DNA of 64,000 nucleotides from Nitrospirota bacterium (GCA_029261135.1 JAJDBX010000003.1:87-64086), one strand, 5' to 3'; shown: positions 37,215-46,383, numbered from the stretch's first letter. Numbers and translations are program-made. The notes: generated from the letters alone by a model not told the origin.

Positions 37215-38540
37215 ATGAAACGACCTTTGATCGCCCTCTTACTGCTTCTCTTTTTATTTTCTCAAGCGGCAACGCTCCACGCAAGATCGATCCGAAAAGT
37301 CGTGCTCGACAATGGGCTCAAAGTGGTTCTGTGGGAAGAACACAAAGCCCCAGTGGTAACCTTCCAAATTTGGTACAAAGTGGGCTCCAGAAATGAAGTG
37401 AACGGCAAAACGGGCCTTTCGCATGTGACCGAGCACATGATGTTCAAAGGCACAACAAGGCATGGCAAAGGGGCTTTTTCTCGCATTGTGGCAAAAAACG
37501 GGGGTGGTGAAAATGCCTTTACCGGCAATGACTACACGGCCTACTTTGAAAATCTTTCCGCCGACCGGATCGATCTTTCCCTCGAACTGGAATCGGATCG
37601 GATGCAAAACCTTCAACTCGATCCCAAAGAATTTTTACTAGAACGGGATGTTGTCAAAGAGGAGCGCCGGACGCGAACCGATGACGACCCCTATTCTTAT
37701 GTGATTGAAAACCTCTATGCCATTGCCTTTCTCGTTCATCCCTACCACGCACCCGTGATCGGCTGGATGAGCGACCTTGAAAACTTGGTGCATCAAGATA
37801 TTGTGGAACATTACAAAACCTATTACGTGCCGAATAACGCGACCATTGTGGTCGTCGGTGATTTTGATTCAGACACACTACTCAAAAAAATCAAACAACA
37901 TTTCGCAAAAATACCGAAAGGCTCAGAGGTGCCACAGCAGGTTTCACCCGAACCCAGGCAAATCGGCATGCGGCGTAGCATCGTCAAACGCGAAGCACAG
38001 CTCCCTTTCGTATTCATGGCCTTTCACGCACCCAATTATAAAAGTGCCGAGACCTATGCCCTCACGGTACTTTCCAGTATTTTTTCAAACGGAAAAAGCG
38101 CCCGCCTTCATCACAGCTTGGTATATCAGCAAGAAATTGCACTGGATGCCGGAGGCTACTACAGCGGCCTGACCACCGATCCTGAAATTTTTTATCTTTA
38201 CGCCACTGCGCAAAAAGGGAAAACCACCCAAGATTTAGAAACGGCGTTGGAGGCCGAAATCACGCGGCTACAAAAGGATGGCATCACGCCGAGAGAGCTG
38301 GAAAAAGCAAAAAACCAAATTCAAGCAGAATATCTGATGGGCTTGGATTCAAACTTCTATCGAGGCATGCAGGTCGGGACGGCAGAAACGGTGGGTGCTG
38401 GATACCAATATGTGCTCGACTATGTAGAAAATATTCAAAAAGTGACTTTAGAGGATGTTCAAAGGGTCGCACAAAAATATCTCATTGAGGATCAAAAGAG
38501 TGTTGGCATTCTCATCCCGAAAAAAGTGGAGACCCAATGA
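37215..38540 (+). CDS. M16 family zinc peptidase (catalytic subunit)
   Basis: The 441-aa ORF has a signal peptide and the inverted zincin motif HxxEH (HVTEHMMFKGT) with a downstream Glu region (NAFTGNDYTAYF). Confidence 0.88.
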   Translation: MKRPLIALLLLLFLFSQAATLHARSIRKVVLDNGLKVVLWEEHKAPVVTFQIWYKVGSRNEVNGKTGLSHVTEHMMFKGTTRHGKGAFSRIVAKNGGGENAFTGNDYTAYFENLSADRIDLSLELESDRMQNLQLDPKEFLLERDVVKEERRTRTDDDPYSYVIENLYAIAFLVHPYHAPVIGWMSDLENLVHQDIVEHYKTYYVPNNATIVVVGDFDSDTLLKKIKQHFAKIPKGSEVPQQVSPEPRQIGMRRSIVKREAQLPFVFMAFHAPNYKSAETYALTVLSSIFSNGKSARLHHSLVYQQEIALDAGGYYSGLTTDPEIFYLYATAQKGKTTQDLETALEAEITRLQKDGITPRELEKAKNQIQAEYLMGLDSNFYRGMQVGTAETVGAGYQYVLDYVENIQKVTLEDVQRVAQKYLIEDQKSVGILIPKKVETQ

Positions 38541-39901
38541 ATCAGCGAACAACCAGAGAACACCGACCTCTCCGATTCATTGTCTTTTCCCTTGTTGTTT
38601 TTATCACTCTTTTTTCTTTAATCCCACATTCCTTTGCAGCAAGGCTGAAACCCAAACGCTTTGTCACGGAAAACGGCATCACGCTCCTCGTTCTTGAACA
38701 GCCCTCTCTTCCCATCATTTCGGTGCAAGTCTTGATTCGGGCCGGCTCAATTTTAGATCCGCCAAAAACAGGCGGACTTGCCAGTATGACTGCAAGTCTT
38801 TTAGAAGAAGGTACGCAGAATCGAAGTGCGACTGAAATATCAGATGCCATCGATTTTATCGGCGCGGATTTTTCATCCAGCGCTTCAAAGGATTACACCG
38901 CTTTGCGATTACGGGTCTTAAAAAAAGATGTCAATACAGGCTTTGATCTTTTGTCCGACATCATAAGACATCCCCAATTTGATGCCAAAGAATTTGAGCG
39001 CACCCGAAAACAAGTGATGGGATGGATACGTGCAGAAAAAGATCAGCCAGGTGCCATTGCAAGACGTCAATTTCAGGACATCGTCTTTCAGGGCCATCCC
39101 TATGGGCATGCCGTCGATGGAGATGAAAACAGTGTGCCCCTGATTCAGCGTGACGACCTTGTGGCCTTTCACAAAAAATACTACCGACCCAACAATACCA
39201 TTATCGCGGTTGTCGGAGATGTTACAGAAAGCGCAGCCAAGAAATTGATTCAGAAATATTTTGGCTTATGGAAACAACAAACCGTGGCTTTCCCAAAAAC
39301 CCCTGCGCCTTCCCCAATGAATCAAAAACAGATCCGGCGCATCGAAAAAAATCTCACGCAGGCAACCGTGATTTTGGGGCATCTCGGCATTGATCGGGCC
39401 AATCCAGATTATTATGCCGCATTGGTCATGAATTACATCTTGGGCGGTGGCGGATTTTCTTCGCGTTTAATGACGGATATTCGAGATGAGCGTGGACTGG
39501 TGTATTCAATCTACTCTCGCTTTGTCGCGAATAATCAACCCGGCGATTTCAATGTCTCCTTTCAAACCAAAAGCAGCAATACAAAAGAAGCGATCAAAGG
39601 TATTCTGCAAATGATCAAAGAGATCCGAAAAAATCCGGTCACTAAAGTCGAGCTTTCTGATGCAAAGGCCTACTTGTCAGGGAGTTTTCCGCGAAGAATG
39701 GATACGACAAAAAAAGTGGCTTCTCTACTGACCTCAATGGAATTTTATGCGCTCGGGCTCGATTACTTTGATGATTATACAAAAAAGATTAACCGTGTGA
39801 GCCAAGCTGACGTCCTTCGTGTCGCGAAAAAATATCTCAATCCAGAACATTACGCGCTCGTCGTCGTGGGCAAGCAGAATGAAATTTCGATTGATGACTA
39901 A
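38537..39901 (+). CDS. M16 family peptidase-like protein (non-catalytic partner, no HxxEH)
   Basis: The 454-aa ORF overlaps the upstream M16 gene by 4 nt. It has the same fold signatures (ASMTASLLEEGT, GADFSSSASKDYT) but lacks the HxxEH motif. Confidence 0.82.
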   Translation: MNQRTTREHRPLRFIVFSLVVFITLFSLIPHSFAARLKPKRFVTENGITLLVLEQPSLPIISVQVLIRAGSILDPPKTGGLASMTASLLEEGTQNRSATEISDAIDFIGADFSSSASKDYTALRLRVLKKDVNTGFDLLSDIIRHPQFDAKEFERTRKQVMGWIRAEKDQPGAIARRQFQDIVFQGHPYGHAVDGDENSVPLIQRDDLVAFHKKYYRPNNTIIAVVGDVTESAAKKLIQKYFGLWKQQTVAFPKTPAPSPMNQKQIRRIEKNLTQATVILGHLGIDRANPDYYAALVMNYILGGGGFSSRLMTDIRDERGLVYSIYSRFVANNQPGDFNVSFQTKSSNTKEAIKGILQMIKEIRKNPVTKVELSDAKAYLSGSFPRRMDTTKKVASLLTSMEFYALGLDYFDDYTKKINRVSQADVLRVAKKYLNPEHYALVVVGKQNEISIDD

Positions 39902-39922
39902 GAAGGGATCTTCGAAGTTTTA

Positions 39923-40540
39923 ATGCCTATTCATATTTTTTTTCGTCATTTCTTAATCCTCTTTTTTCCCATTTTTTTGCTCTTACTCTCTGTGAATGCC
40001 TCCACTGCGCAAGTCAATACTTGGCAAGCGCAATTTAATATTCGAGTACTTTCGCCAGATGTGAAAGAGATTCGCGATACAGGAAGGATTTACCGGAGTG
40101 GATTCTCAGTGCGCATTGAACAGGAAAAATCCAATGAAATTTTTCTCTATGATTTTGATCAATCCTTGGAATTTCGACTCTTCCCCGGCGATCAAATTTA
40201 TTTTGAAAAACCGCTTCCCATTTCTAAACGCATTCGGGGGATCAAAGAGAAATGGATCCCCATCACTCAGGGCTTTCAAGAAACAAAAATTTTATTTCGC
40301 GACGATGAAATCAATGGGATTCCTGCCAAACTGTTTTTTGTCACACTCAAAAAAAATGGGCAAAGTGCCTATTTCTTCCGTTGGGTCAGCGCAGACAAAA
40401 ATGCCACGCCGCTTCGCGTCATTTATCATGGGTCGGCAAGGGAAACAATCATCGTTGATTTTACGCCCATCAAAGAACAGTCAATTTCGCCAGATTTTTT
40501 TAAACCACCTAAAAACTATTTAAGTCTGAACCCTTTTTAG
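39923..40540 (+). CDS. Hypothetical secreted protein
   Basis: The 205-aa ORF has a signal peptide (ILFFPIFLLLLSVNASTA) and lies co-directionally 21 nt after the M16 pair. I recognise no family. Confidence 0.55.
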   Translation: MPIHIFFRHFLILFFPIFLLLLSVNASTAQVNTWQAQFNIRVLSPDVKEIRDTGRIYRSGFSVRIEQEKSNEIFLYDFDQSLEFRLFPGDQIYFEKPLPISKRIRGIKEKWIPITQGFQETKILFRDDEINGIPAKLFFVTLKKNGQSAYFFRWVSADKNATPLRVIYHGSARETIIVDFTPIKEQSISPDFFKPPKNYLSLNPF

Positions 40541-40650
40541 ACCCCATTGAGGTCTTGAGAAACATGACACTTCACTTTACAAACTCTATCGTAAAGTGAC
40601 ATAATTTTGTGCATTTTTTGATCAAATTATCATATTAAATAGGAGTTTGT

Positions 40651-42069
40651 ATGTCCGAAGTTCGTGTCCGTTTTGCCCCCAGCCCCACCGGGTTTTTACA
40701 TATTGGCGGAGCCAGAACCGCCCTTTTTAATTGGCTTTACGCCCGCCACCACGGGGGGAAATTTTTCCTCCGAATTGAAGACACCGATCGATTACGATCA
40801 ACAGATGAAGCCATTGAAGCTATTTTAGACGGTATGCGCTGGCTGGGACTTGACTGGGATCGTTGGGAAGGCGGATCCGGCGAAACAGTGCGTCAGACAG
40901 AACGCTTTGACCTTTACAAAGAAAAGGTTCAAGAACTCTTGGAACAGGGCAAGGCCTATCCTTGTTATTGCACGGCTTCAGAATTAGATGAACGACGCAA
41001 ACTGGCCATGAAAGAAAAACGCATCCCGCGTTACGATGGCCGCTGTCGAGAACGCAGCGAACCCGCGCCCGATCTTCCTTTTGCCATCCGCTTTAAAGCT
41101 TCTCCGGACGGCAAGATTGTTGTGAACGACATGGTCAAAGGCCAAGTCACCTTTGAAAGTAAGACGGTGGACGACCTCATCATCGCCCGTTCAAACGGGA
41201 CACCAACCTATAATTTAACCGTCGTGGTGGACGATGTGGCGATGGGGATCACACATGTCATTCGCGGTGATGATCACCTGAATAATACGCCGCGACAGAT
41301 TCAACTCTATCAAGCTCTGGGCTATCCCATTCCTAAATTTGCGCATCTCCCCATGATTTTAGGATCTGATAAAGCCCGTCTTTCAAAACGGCACGGCGCG
41401 ACGGCGGTACAGCAATATCGTGATGAAGGCTACCTGCCCCAGGCGATGGTGAATTACCTCGTCCGGCTCGGTTGGTCACATCAAGATCAGGAGCTTTTTG
41501 CCCTGGATGAATTGATCGAAAAATTTGCGGTCGAAGAAGTCGGCACCTCTGCCGCCATATTTAATCCTGAAAAACTCAATTGGGTCAATGCGCATTACAT
41601 CAAAACAGGCAAACCGGAAGCCTTGATCCCGCCCCTTTTACCTCATCTTGAGCAAGCCGGCCTACAAAAAGAGACCCTCGATTTTAAGGCACTTCATCGG
41701 GTCATTCTCATCCTTCAAGAGCGTTCTAGAAATATGAAAGAGTTGGCCGAATCCGCCGCCTGCTATTTTTTAGACGATATTCCTTACGATGAGAAAACCA
41801 AAAAGTTTTTGAACCCTGAGAGTGTCCCGATTTTACAAGCGGTTCTCAAACAATTGACAGACGCACCTTTTGAACACAATTCTTTGAAAGCAGCGCTCGA
41901 AACCGTCTGCGAAAGTATGGAATTAAAACTGGCGAAGGTCGCCCAACCGATTCGCGCAGCCGTCACCGGAAAGGTCGTCAGCCCCGGTATTTTTGATGTA
42001 CTGGAAACGCTCGGAAAAGAAAAGGCACTCAAGCGAATCGATAAACAGATTGCCTTGCTCACAGGATAA
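40651..42069 (+). CDS. gltX: Glutamyl-tRNA synthetase
   Basis: The 472-aa ORF has the HIGH-type motif (PSPTGFLHIGGARTA) and a KMSKS-type motif (RLSKR). Confidence 0.95.
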   Translation: MSEVRVRFAPSPTGFLHIGGARTALFNWLYARHHGGKFFLRIEDTDRLRSTDEAIEAILDGMRWLGLDWDRWEGGSGETVRQTERFDLYKEKVQELLEQGKAYPCYCTASELDERRKLAMKEKRIPRYDGRCRERSEPAPDLPFAIRFKASPDGKIVVNDMVKGQVTFESKTVDDLIIARSNGTPTYNLTVVVDDVAMGITHVIRGDDHLNNTPRQIQLYQALGYPIPKFAHLPMILGSDKARLSKRHGATAVQQYRDEGYLPQAMVNYLVRLGWSHQDQELFALDELIEKFAVEEVGTSAAIFNPEKLNWVNAHYIKTGKPEALIPPLLPHLEQAGLQKETLDFKALHRVILILQERSRNMKELAESAACYFLDDIPYDEKTKKFLNPESVPILQAVLKQLTDAPFEHNSLKAALETVCESMELKLAKVAQPIRAAVTGKVVSPGIFDVLETLGKEKALKRIDKQIALLTG

Positions 42070-42131
42070 GTCTCTTGACAGAAACCTCACTTTTGACTAA
42101 AGTCTCGTTGTCTTTATCCTAAGCTCCTTAC

Positions 42132-42205
42132 TGGGGGATCGTCTAATGGCAGGACGGCAGACTCTGACTCTGTCTATCGAGGTTCGAACCCTCGTCCCCC
42201 AGCCA
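42132..42205 (+). tRNA. tRNA-Gln (anticodon CUG)
   Basis: TGGGGGATCGTCTAATGGCAGGACGGCAGACTCTGACTCTGTCTATCGAGGTTCGAACCCTCGTCCCCCAGCCA. It has the U1-A72 acceptor stem TGGGGGA/TCCCCCA typical of tRNA-Gln and the anticodon loop CTCTGAC. CCA is encoded. Confidence 0.92.
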
Positions 42206-42431
42206 TTTACTTTCTTTCGACTTATCAGTGAGTTATGATCCTTTGTGTTTTTGAGAGGGGATTGCCTTCTTTTACTATGTTCCATTTTAGACATGCTTCC
42301 AGATAAACTGCCCCTATATTCAGACTCTTGAAGACACCCAAAGGGCTGAGGATTGCTTTGTTTCGCTTGATTTGTCTTCGATCGCCTTGTTATGCTTTCT
42401 ATAGAGTAGGAAACAAAGTACAAAAAGGGAT

Positions 42432-42860
42432 ATGGGGAAAATGAGACAGACAAAAATCAAGCCTGCGGTATTGTTCATACTTTTGATCATCACTGTTATG
42501 GGAACACGTCCGCTGCTCTCGATGGCCAACCCTGATCAGTTTGAAGTCATCATCAAGGTCAATTACGACGGCTTCTTTGATTCCAATGGCAAAGCCCTCA
42601 ATAATCTGCTTGAAGTACCGAAGGAACGGAATATAAAGCTCATCTTCGAGCATGTCGGAAAACCAGGGGAAGAACACGCGTTTTCCCTCCTATTTGACTC
42701 GGGCGAAGAGATCAGTAGTGACACGATCTCCAATTTGAATAAACGTGCTTATATAGAATTCTCGACAGGAAACGCGGGAGAAAGCTACGACGTATTTTGT
42801 GTTATTGTGGATTGTGATGGCATGGAACATCTGACGGATCTCGTCCTTATCTCTACATAA
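42432..42860 (+). CDS. Secreted cupredoxin-like protein with an atypical ligand pattern (hypothetical)
   Basis: The 142-aa ORF has a signal peptide and a layout resembling Cupredoxin_1-type domains (FEVIIKV..., LEVPKERNIKLIFEH, EEHAFSL, GESYDVFCVIVDCDGMEH). The usual C-x(n)-H-x(n)-M site is replaced by C-x4-C-x2-M-x-H. Confidence 0.35.
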   Translation: MGKMRQTKIKPAVLFILLIITVMGTRPLLSMANPDQFEVIIKVNYDGFFDSNGKALNNLLEVPKERNIKLIFEHVGKPGEEHAFSLLFDSGEEISSDTISNLNKRAYIEFSTGNAGESYDVFCVIVDCDGMEHLTDLVLIST

Positions 42861-42983
42861 GAAATTCCATATACAGGTGTGAGTGTTTTTACTTGTGTGC
42901 AAGACAAGAAAGCCGCTCACAATATCGGCTGTTAGAACTCAAGAGAACCAAAGCATCTGTAATTTCCCCGAGATAAAAAATAG

Positions 42984-43496
42984 ATGACTAAGGGAAAAAT
43001 TTACTTCATGTTAAAACTGATCATAGCTGTACTGATATTCGCTCAGAGCTGGGCTTTCGCAGATGAACCCCAACAACAAAAACCCTTGAAACCCGTTCCG
43101 AAGGCATATGCTGAAAAAAAAATGCCCACGGGTTGGTGGACGGATGAGAAGATCATCGCAGAAGGGAAAAGAATCTTTGAGACCACAGTCCTAAAATATG
43201 AATTTAAAAGGAAAATGAGAACAGCGAAAAATGGCTGCGCTACCTGTCATAGTATCGATGAAAAGACAGATCTCCCAAAAAAACGCGGCTCACCTGATTT
43301 TCGAATAAGCAAAAGAGTCAACCGCTTTTCAGAGGCATATTGGTTTTGGCGGGTCGCAGAGGGGGTTCCAAAAACGCGTATGCCTCCTTGGAAGGAAAAG
43401 TTGTCTGAAGGCGAGATTTGGAAAACCATCGCCTATCAGCATACTTGGTCACATAACAACACCCCTGCATTTCATGATCACAAAGAAATCGAATAA
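42984..43496 (+). CDS. Monohaem c-type cytochrome
   Basis: The 170-aa ORF has a signal peptide (LIIAVLIFAQSWAFA), the haem-binding motif CATCH, and a distal Met region (TRMPPWKEKLSEGEIWKTIAY). Confidence 0.8.
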   Translation: MTKGKIYFMLKLIIAVLIFAQSWAFADEPQQQKPLKPVPKAYAEKKMPTGWWTDEKIIAEGKRIFETTVLKYEFKRKMRTAKNGCATCHSIDEKTDLPKKRGSPDFRISKRVNRFSEAYWFWRVAEGVPKTRMPPWKEKLSEGEIWKTIAYQHTWSHNNTPAFHDHKEIE

Positions 43497-43804
43497 ACAA
43501 TCCCGCTCAGATCTAAAACTGAACCACTTCCCTTTTCATTCAAAGCGGATCTTGGTAGCACGAGATAAACATTTAATCTATGGTAATCACGGCAGCATTC
43601 ATCCATTAGAACACGATGATTTCACCTTGACAAAGTCTTAAATTAAGCAAATACTGAGCATGAGCCATCTTGATATACGAGAAGCTTGTTCACATCTTTT
43701 TCTTTCCGACACATTGGCGCCTCAGGATAGCTCTGAATAGACGGGTGACTCCTAAAAATTCCCCGTTCAAAAAAATAAAACCATCTCATGAAAGGAGCTG
43801 AGCT

Positions 43805-44257
43805 ATGGAACGACTCGCTTTCCGTCCTGGTGGGAAAAGCATGACAGAGATGACGGCTTCTCACATCATGAAAAGGGATATCATCTGTTTCGGAAAAGAA
43901 GTGTATTGCGATGTGCTGTCGTCCAAAATGTTAAAAGGCGGTTTCGGAAGTATCCCGATCATCGACAGTAACAAAATACTGTGCGGGGTTGTGAGTGAAT
44001 ACGATATCTTAAACGCCTTGAGACAAGGAATGGATTTACGCAATACACTTGCCTTTGAGGTCATGACCCAAGATGTCCTGTCTGTAAACGAGAATACAGC
44101 GATCACGGAGATCATTGAACTGCTCCAGTCAGAGCACTTTATCCGGATCCCTGTCGTCGATGCGCAAGGAAAATTGATTGGGATCCTTTCGCGCAGAGAT
44201 ATTCTTGGCGCCTATGTTAAATCGAGCTATGCTCAATTGCCAGGTTTATCTGAATAA
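43805..44257 (+). CDS. CBS-pair domain protein (copy 1)
   Basis: The 150-aa ORF has two CBS motifs (IPIIDSNKILCGVVSEYDILNAL; IPVVDAQGKLIGILSRRDILGAY). An AAAGGAG RBS lies 7 nt upstream. Confidence 0.85.
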   Translation: MERLAFRPGGKSMTEMTASHIMKRDIICFGKEVYCDVLSSKMLKGGFGSIPIIDSNKILCGVVSEYDILNALRQGMDLRNTLAFEVMTQDVLSVNENTAITEIIELLQSEHFIRIPVVDAQGKLIGILSRRDILGAYVKSSYAQLPGLSE

Positions 44258-44287
44258 ACCCTCTTAATAGATGAAAAAAGGAGGCCA

Positions 44288-44737
44288 ATGATGCGACTCA
44301 CAGATTTTTGTGTCGGTGGAAAAAGCATTGCGGAGATGACAGCTTCACATGTGATGGAAACTGATGTTATTTGCTCCGATATAAAAGAAAATTGCCATGA
44401 TTTGTCGGAGACATTCTATAAAGAGGGCATTGGAAGTATTCCAATTGTCGATAAAGAAAAGACTTTAATCGGACTGGTCAGTGAATATGATGTCTTAAAC
44501 GTCTTGAGAAAAGGAATGGATTTACGCAATACACTTGCCTTTGAGGTCATGACACGGGAAGTCGTGTCGATAAAAAAGGAGACTACCGTAGAAGACGTGA
44601 TTCTTATCCTTCAGTCTCATCACCTCATCCGTGTTCCAGTCGTCGATGCACAAGGAAAATTAATTGGCATCCTTGCCCGTAGAGATATTCTCGGGGCTTA
44701 TTACGAATCGACCTTTGGCCCATTACCCAGTTTCTAA
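44288..44737 (+). CDS. CBS-pair domain protein (copy 2, tandem paralogue)
   Basis: The 149-aa ORF is collinear with copy 1 and has an AGGAGG RBS. It shares a 43-nt identical DNA stretch with copy 1 (44511-44553 versus 44025-44067). Confidence 0.85.
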   Translation: MMRLTDFCVGGKSIAEMTASHVMETDVICSDIKENCHDLSETFYKEGIGSIPIVDKEKTLIGLVSEYDVLNVLRKGMDLRNTLAFEVMTREVVSIKKETTVEDVILILQSHHLIRVPVVDAQGKLIGILARRDILGAYYESTFGPLPSF

Positions 44738-44981
44738 AAACCTAGGGGGATGCATTTTTCCCAATGAACGGTCGCTGAATAAGCACTTGTGTAAAGTCGG
44801 GTTGATCGGGACTTTCATCACAGCACTGTGTTGTTTTACGCCCGTTTTAGTTGTTTTGTTTGGGGCTATTGGCTTGTCGGCCTTGGTCGGGTATTTAGAT
44901 ACTGTTCTTTTTCCATTTTTAGGTTTGTTTATGTTATTAATCATTGCATCCTTCTTCATGAGCAGAAAAAGTTCAATATAA
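44664..44981 (+). CDS. MerF-like small membrane protein (two TM helices, vicinal CC)
   Basis: The C-terminal 65 aa (CKVGLIGTFITALCCFTPVLVVLFGAIGLSALVGYLDTVLFPFLGLFML) closely follow the MerF pattern (..IGT.LVALCCFTPVLV.LLG.VGLSAL.GYLDYVLLPAL). The ATG at 44664 overlaps the CBS gene by 74 nt. A TTG at 44787 is a more plausible start. Confidence 0.6.
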   Translation: MASLPVEIFSGLITNRPLAHYPVSKNLGGCIFPNERSLNKHLCKVGLIGTFITALCCFTPVLVVLFGAIGLSALVGYLDTVLFPFLGLFMLLIIASFFMSRKSSI

Positions 44982-45010
44982 CTGCAGTATAAGACCAATC
45001 GATAAAGGAG

Positions 45011-46348
45011 ATGTTCATGTCCGCATTTATTATTTTTGCATTGCTTGTGATCGCTATTTTACTTGTGTATGCGGCGTTATTTTCTCGTTTATTTCAGAGA
45101 GACCGCGGTAACAGTTCTGAAGATAGTGGATCACGCACGAACAATCGTCACGAAAATCACATCTCGCTAATTCAAAACAAGCTCTTGGAAGAAGCGGATC
45201 GTCTGGAATTTCCGAGCGAAACGACTGTCATTTATCAACTGAAGCTGGATCGTGTTGAAAACCTGATCGCTGAAACGCTTGATTTTGAGAAAATTGAGCT
45301 TCCGCTCTCGGATCAGCAATATTACATGGTGGACTCTGATCCTTTAGGTTTATTGGAAAAACCGCTCGCACTTGTGGTTTTTTCGAATGATACCGTGGAA
45401 CAATTTATTCGCTTGGCCATGCCGCTCTTGCTTGGAGAGCTCACGCTTCCAGTTACGGGCTTCGACCCTTTTTATCAAGAACCGCTCACCAATATCGGAT
45501 ACGCAACCTATGCCCTCAATTTTCCCGATATCAGTTTTCAAGCAGGTAATCAGCAACAACGGGCCAAGCTGAGCCCCTTTACTTATCCGAGACCCACGAC
45601 AGGCGGGACTGAAACACCCCCGACTTCTACAGGAACCAGCGGCCAGCCCTGCACACCGGTGATGGTGTTTGTCGGCCTTTCACTCGACGGCACCACGGAC
45701 GGCATATCATCCGCAGGAAATACACTCAATGGACAAACAAAAATGCTCGGCGTCGCCTTTGATGCCCGTGGTTATACTTCTAGTACGTTTACAGCGGGTA
45801 CGGATGGAGCCAACATTGACGCCTTACTCACAAAGCTCTCGAAGGCCATTCCGACCACCTTTTGCAATTGCCCGACCGATCAATTGGTCATTTTAATTTC
45901 AGCACACGGATGGGGGCAAAACCCGACGGGGCAGGTGGCCATGCGCTTTCAAGCCAATAACAACACGGACTCTTGGGTGACCCATGCTCAAATGGCACAA
46001 AAACTCGGCGCGATTTTAACGAATATCCCGAAGAACAAAGTCACTTTATTAATCTATTCTTGCCGCTCATCAGTGGGGTTTAACAATGGAAATTATAACG
46101 CGCACTTGGGGGGCAGTTTGCTCATCACCTCCACAGATACGAATGTACTATGCCTCACCACATATGGTACGCATTTGATGATGTGCCTGATCGATAAAAA
46201 AAATAAAACATGGACTGATCTGATCGATTGTATGAAGAAAAAACTCAAAAAAGATAAAAAGAAAGACAGCACTATTCCGCTACCCAAGGGCAATGTACTT
46301 GTCACACCTCCTCCGTCCCCCCCAGGTGGTTCTGGTTCTGGGAATTAG
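45011..46348 (+). CDS. Membrane-anchored protein with a C-terminal caspase-like (clan CD, C14-like) domain
   Basis: The 445-aa ORF has an N-terminal TM helix and an unknown ~200-aa region. The rest follows the caspase/hemoglobinase order: strand VMVFVGLS, His-Gly after a strand (DQLVILISAHGWG), and Cys after a strand (KVTLLIYSCRSS). AAGGAG precedes the second ATG (45017). Confidence 0.45.
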   Translation: MFMSAFIIFALLVIAILLVYAALFSRLFQRDRGNSSEDSGSRTNNRHENHISLIQNKLLEEADRLEFPSETTVIYQLKLDRVENLIAETLDFEKIELPLSDQQYYMVDSDPLGLLEKPLALVVFSNDTVEQFIRLAMPLLLGELTLPVTGFDPFYQEPLTNIGYATYALNFPDISFQAGNQQQRAKLSPFTYPRPTTGGTETPPTSTGTSGQPCTPVMVFVGLSLDGTTDGISSAGNTLNGQTKMLGVAFDARGYTSSTFTAGTDGANIDALLTKLSKAIPTTFCNCPTDQLVILISAHGWGQNPTGQVAMRFQANNNTDSWVTHAQMAQKLGAILTNIPKNKVTLLIYSCRSSVGFNNGNYNAHLGGSLLITSTDTNVLCLTTYGTHLMMCLIDKKNKTWTDLIDCMKKKLKKDKKKDSTIPLPKGNVLVTPPPSPPGGSGSGN

Positions 46349-46383
46349 AAAAAATCCGCATTTTCAGATGGAGGTTCAATCGT

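Noticed and set aside
40575-40600. The 14-nt string TTTACAAACTCTAT upstream of gltX also occurs in the 35222 palindrome arm, which could indicate a shared operator.
   Set aside because: A single 14-nt match between AT-rich regions is within chance expectation for all-against-all comparison of 64 kb on both strands, and the flanking bases do not match.
42097-42677. Minus-strand ORFs (118, 69 and 92 aa) in the ORF track.
   Set aside because: They overlap tRNA-Gln and the 5' end of the cupredoxin-like gene, are low-complexity, and have no RBS or recognisable motifs.
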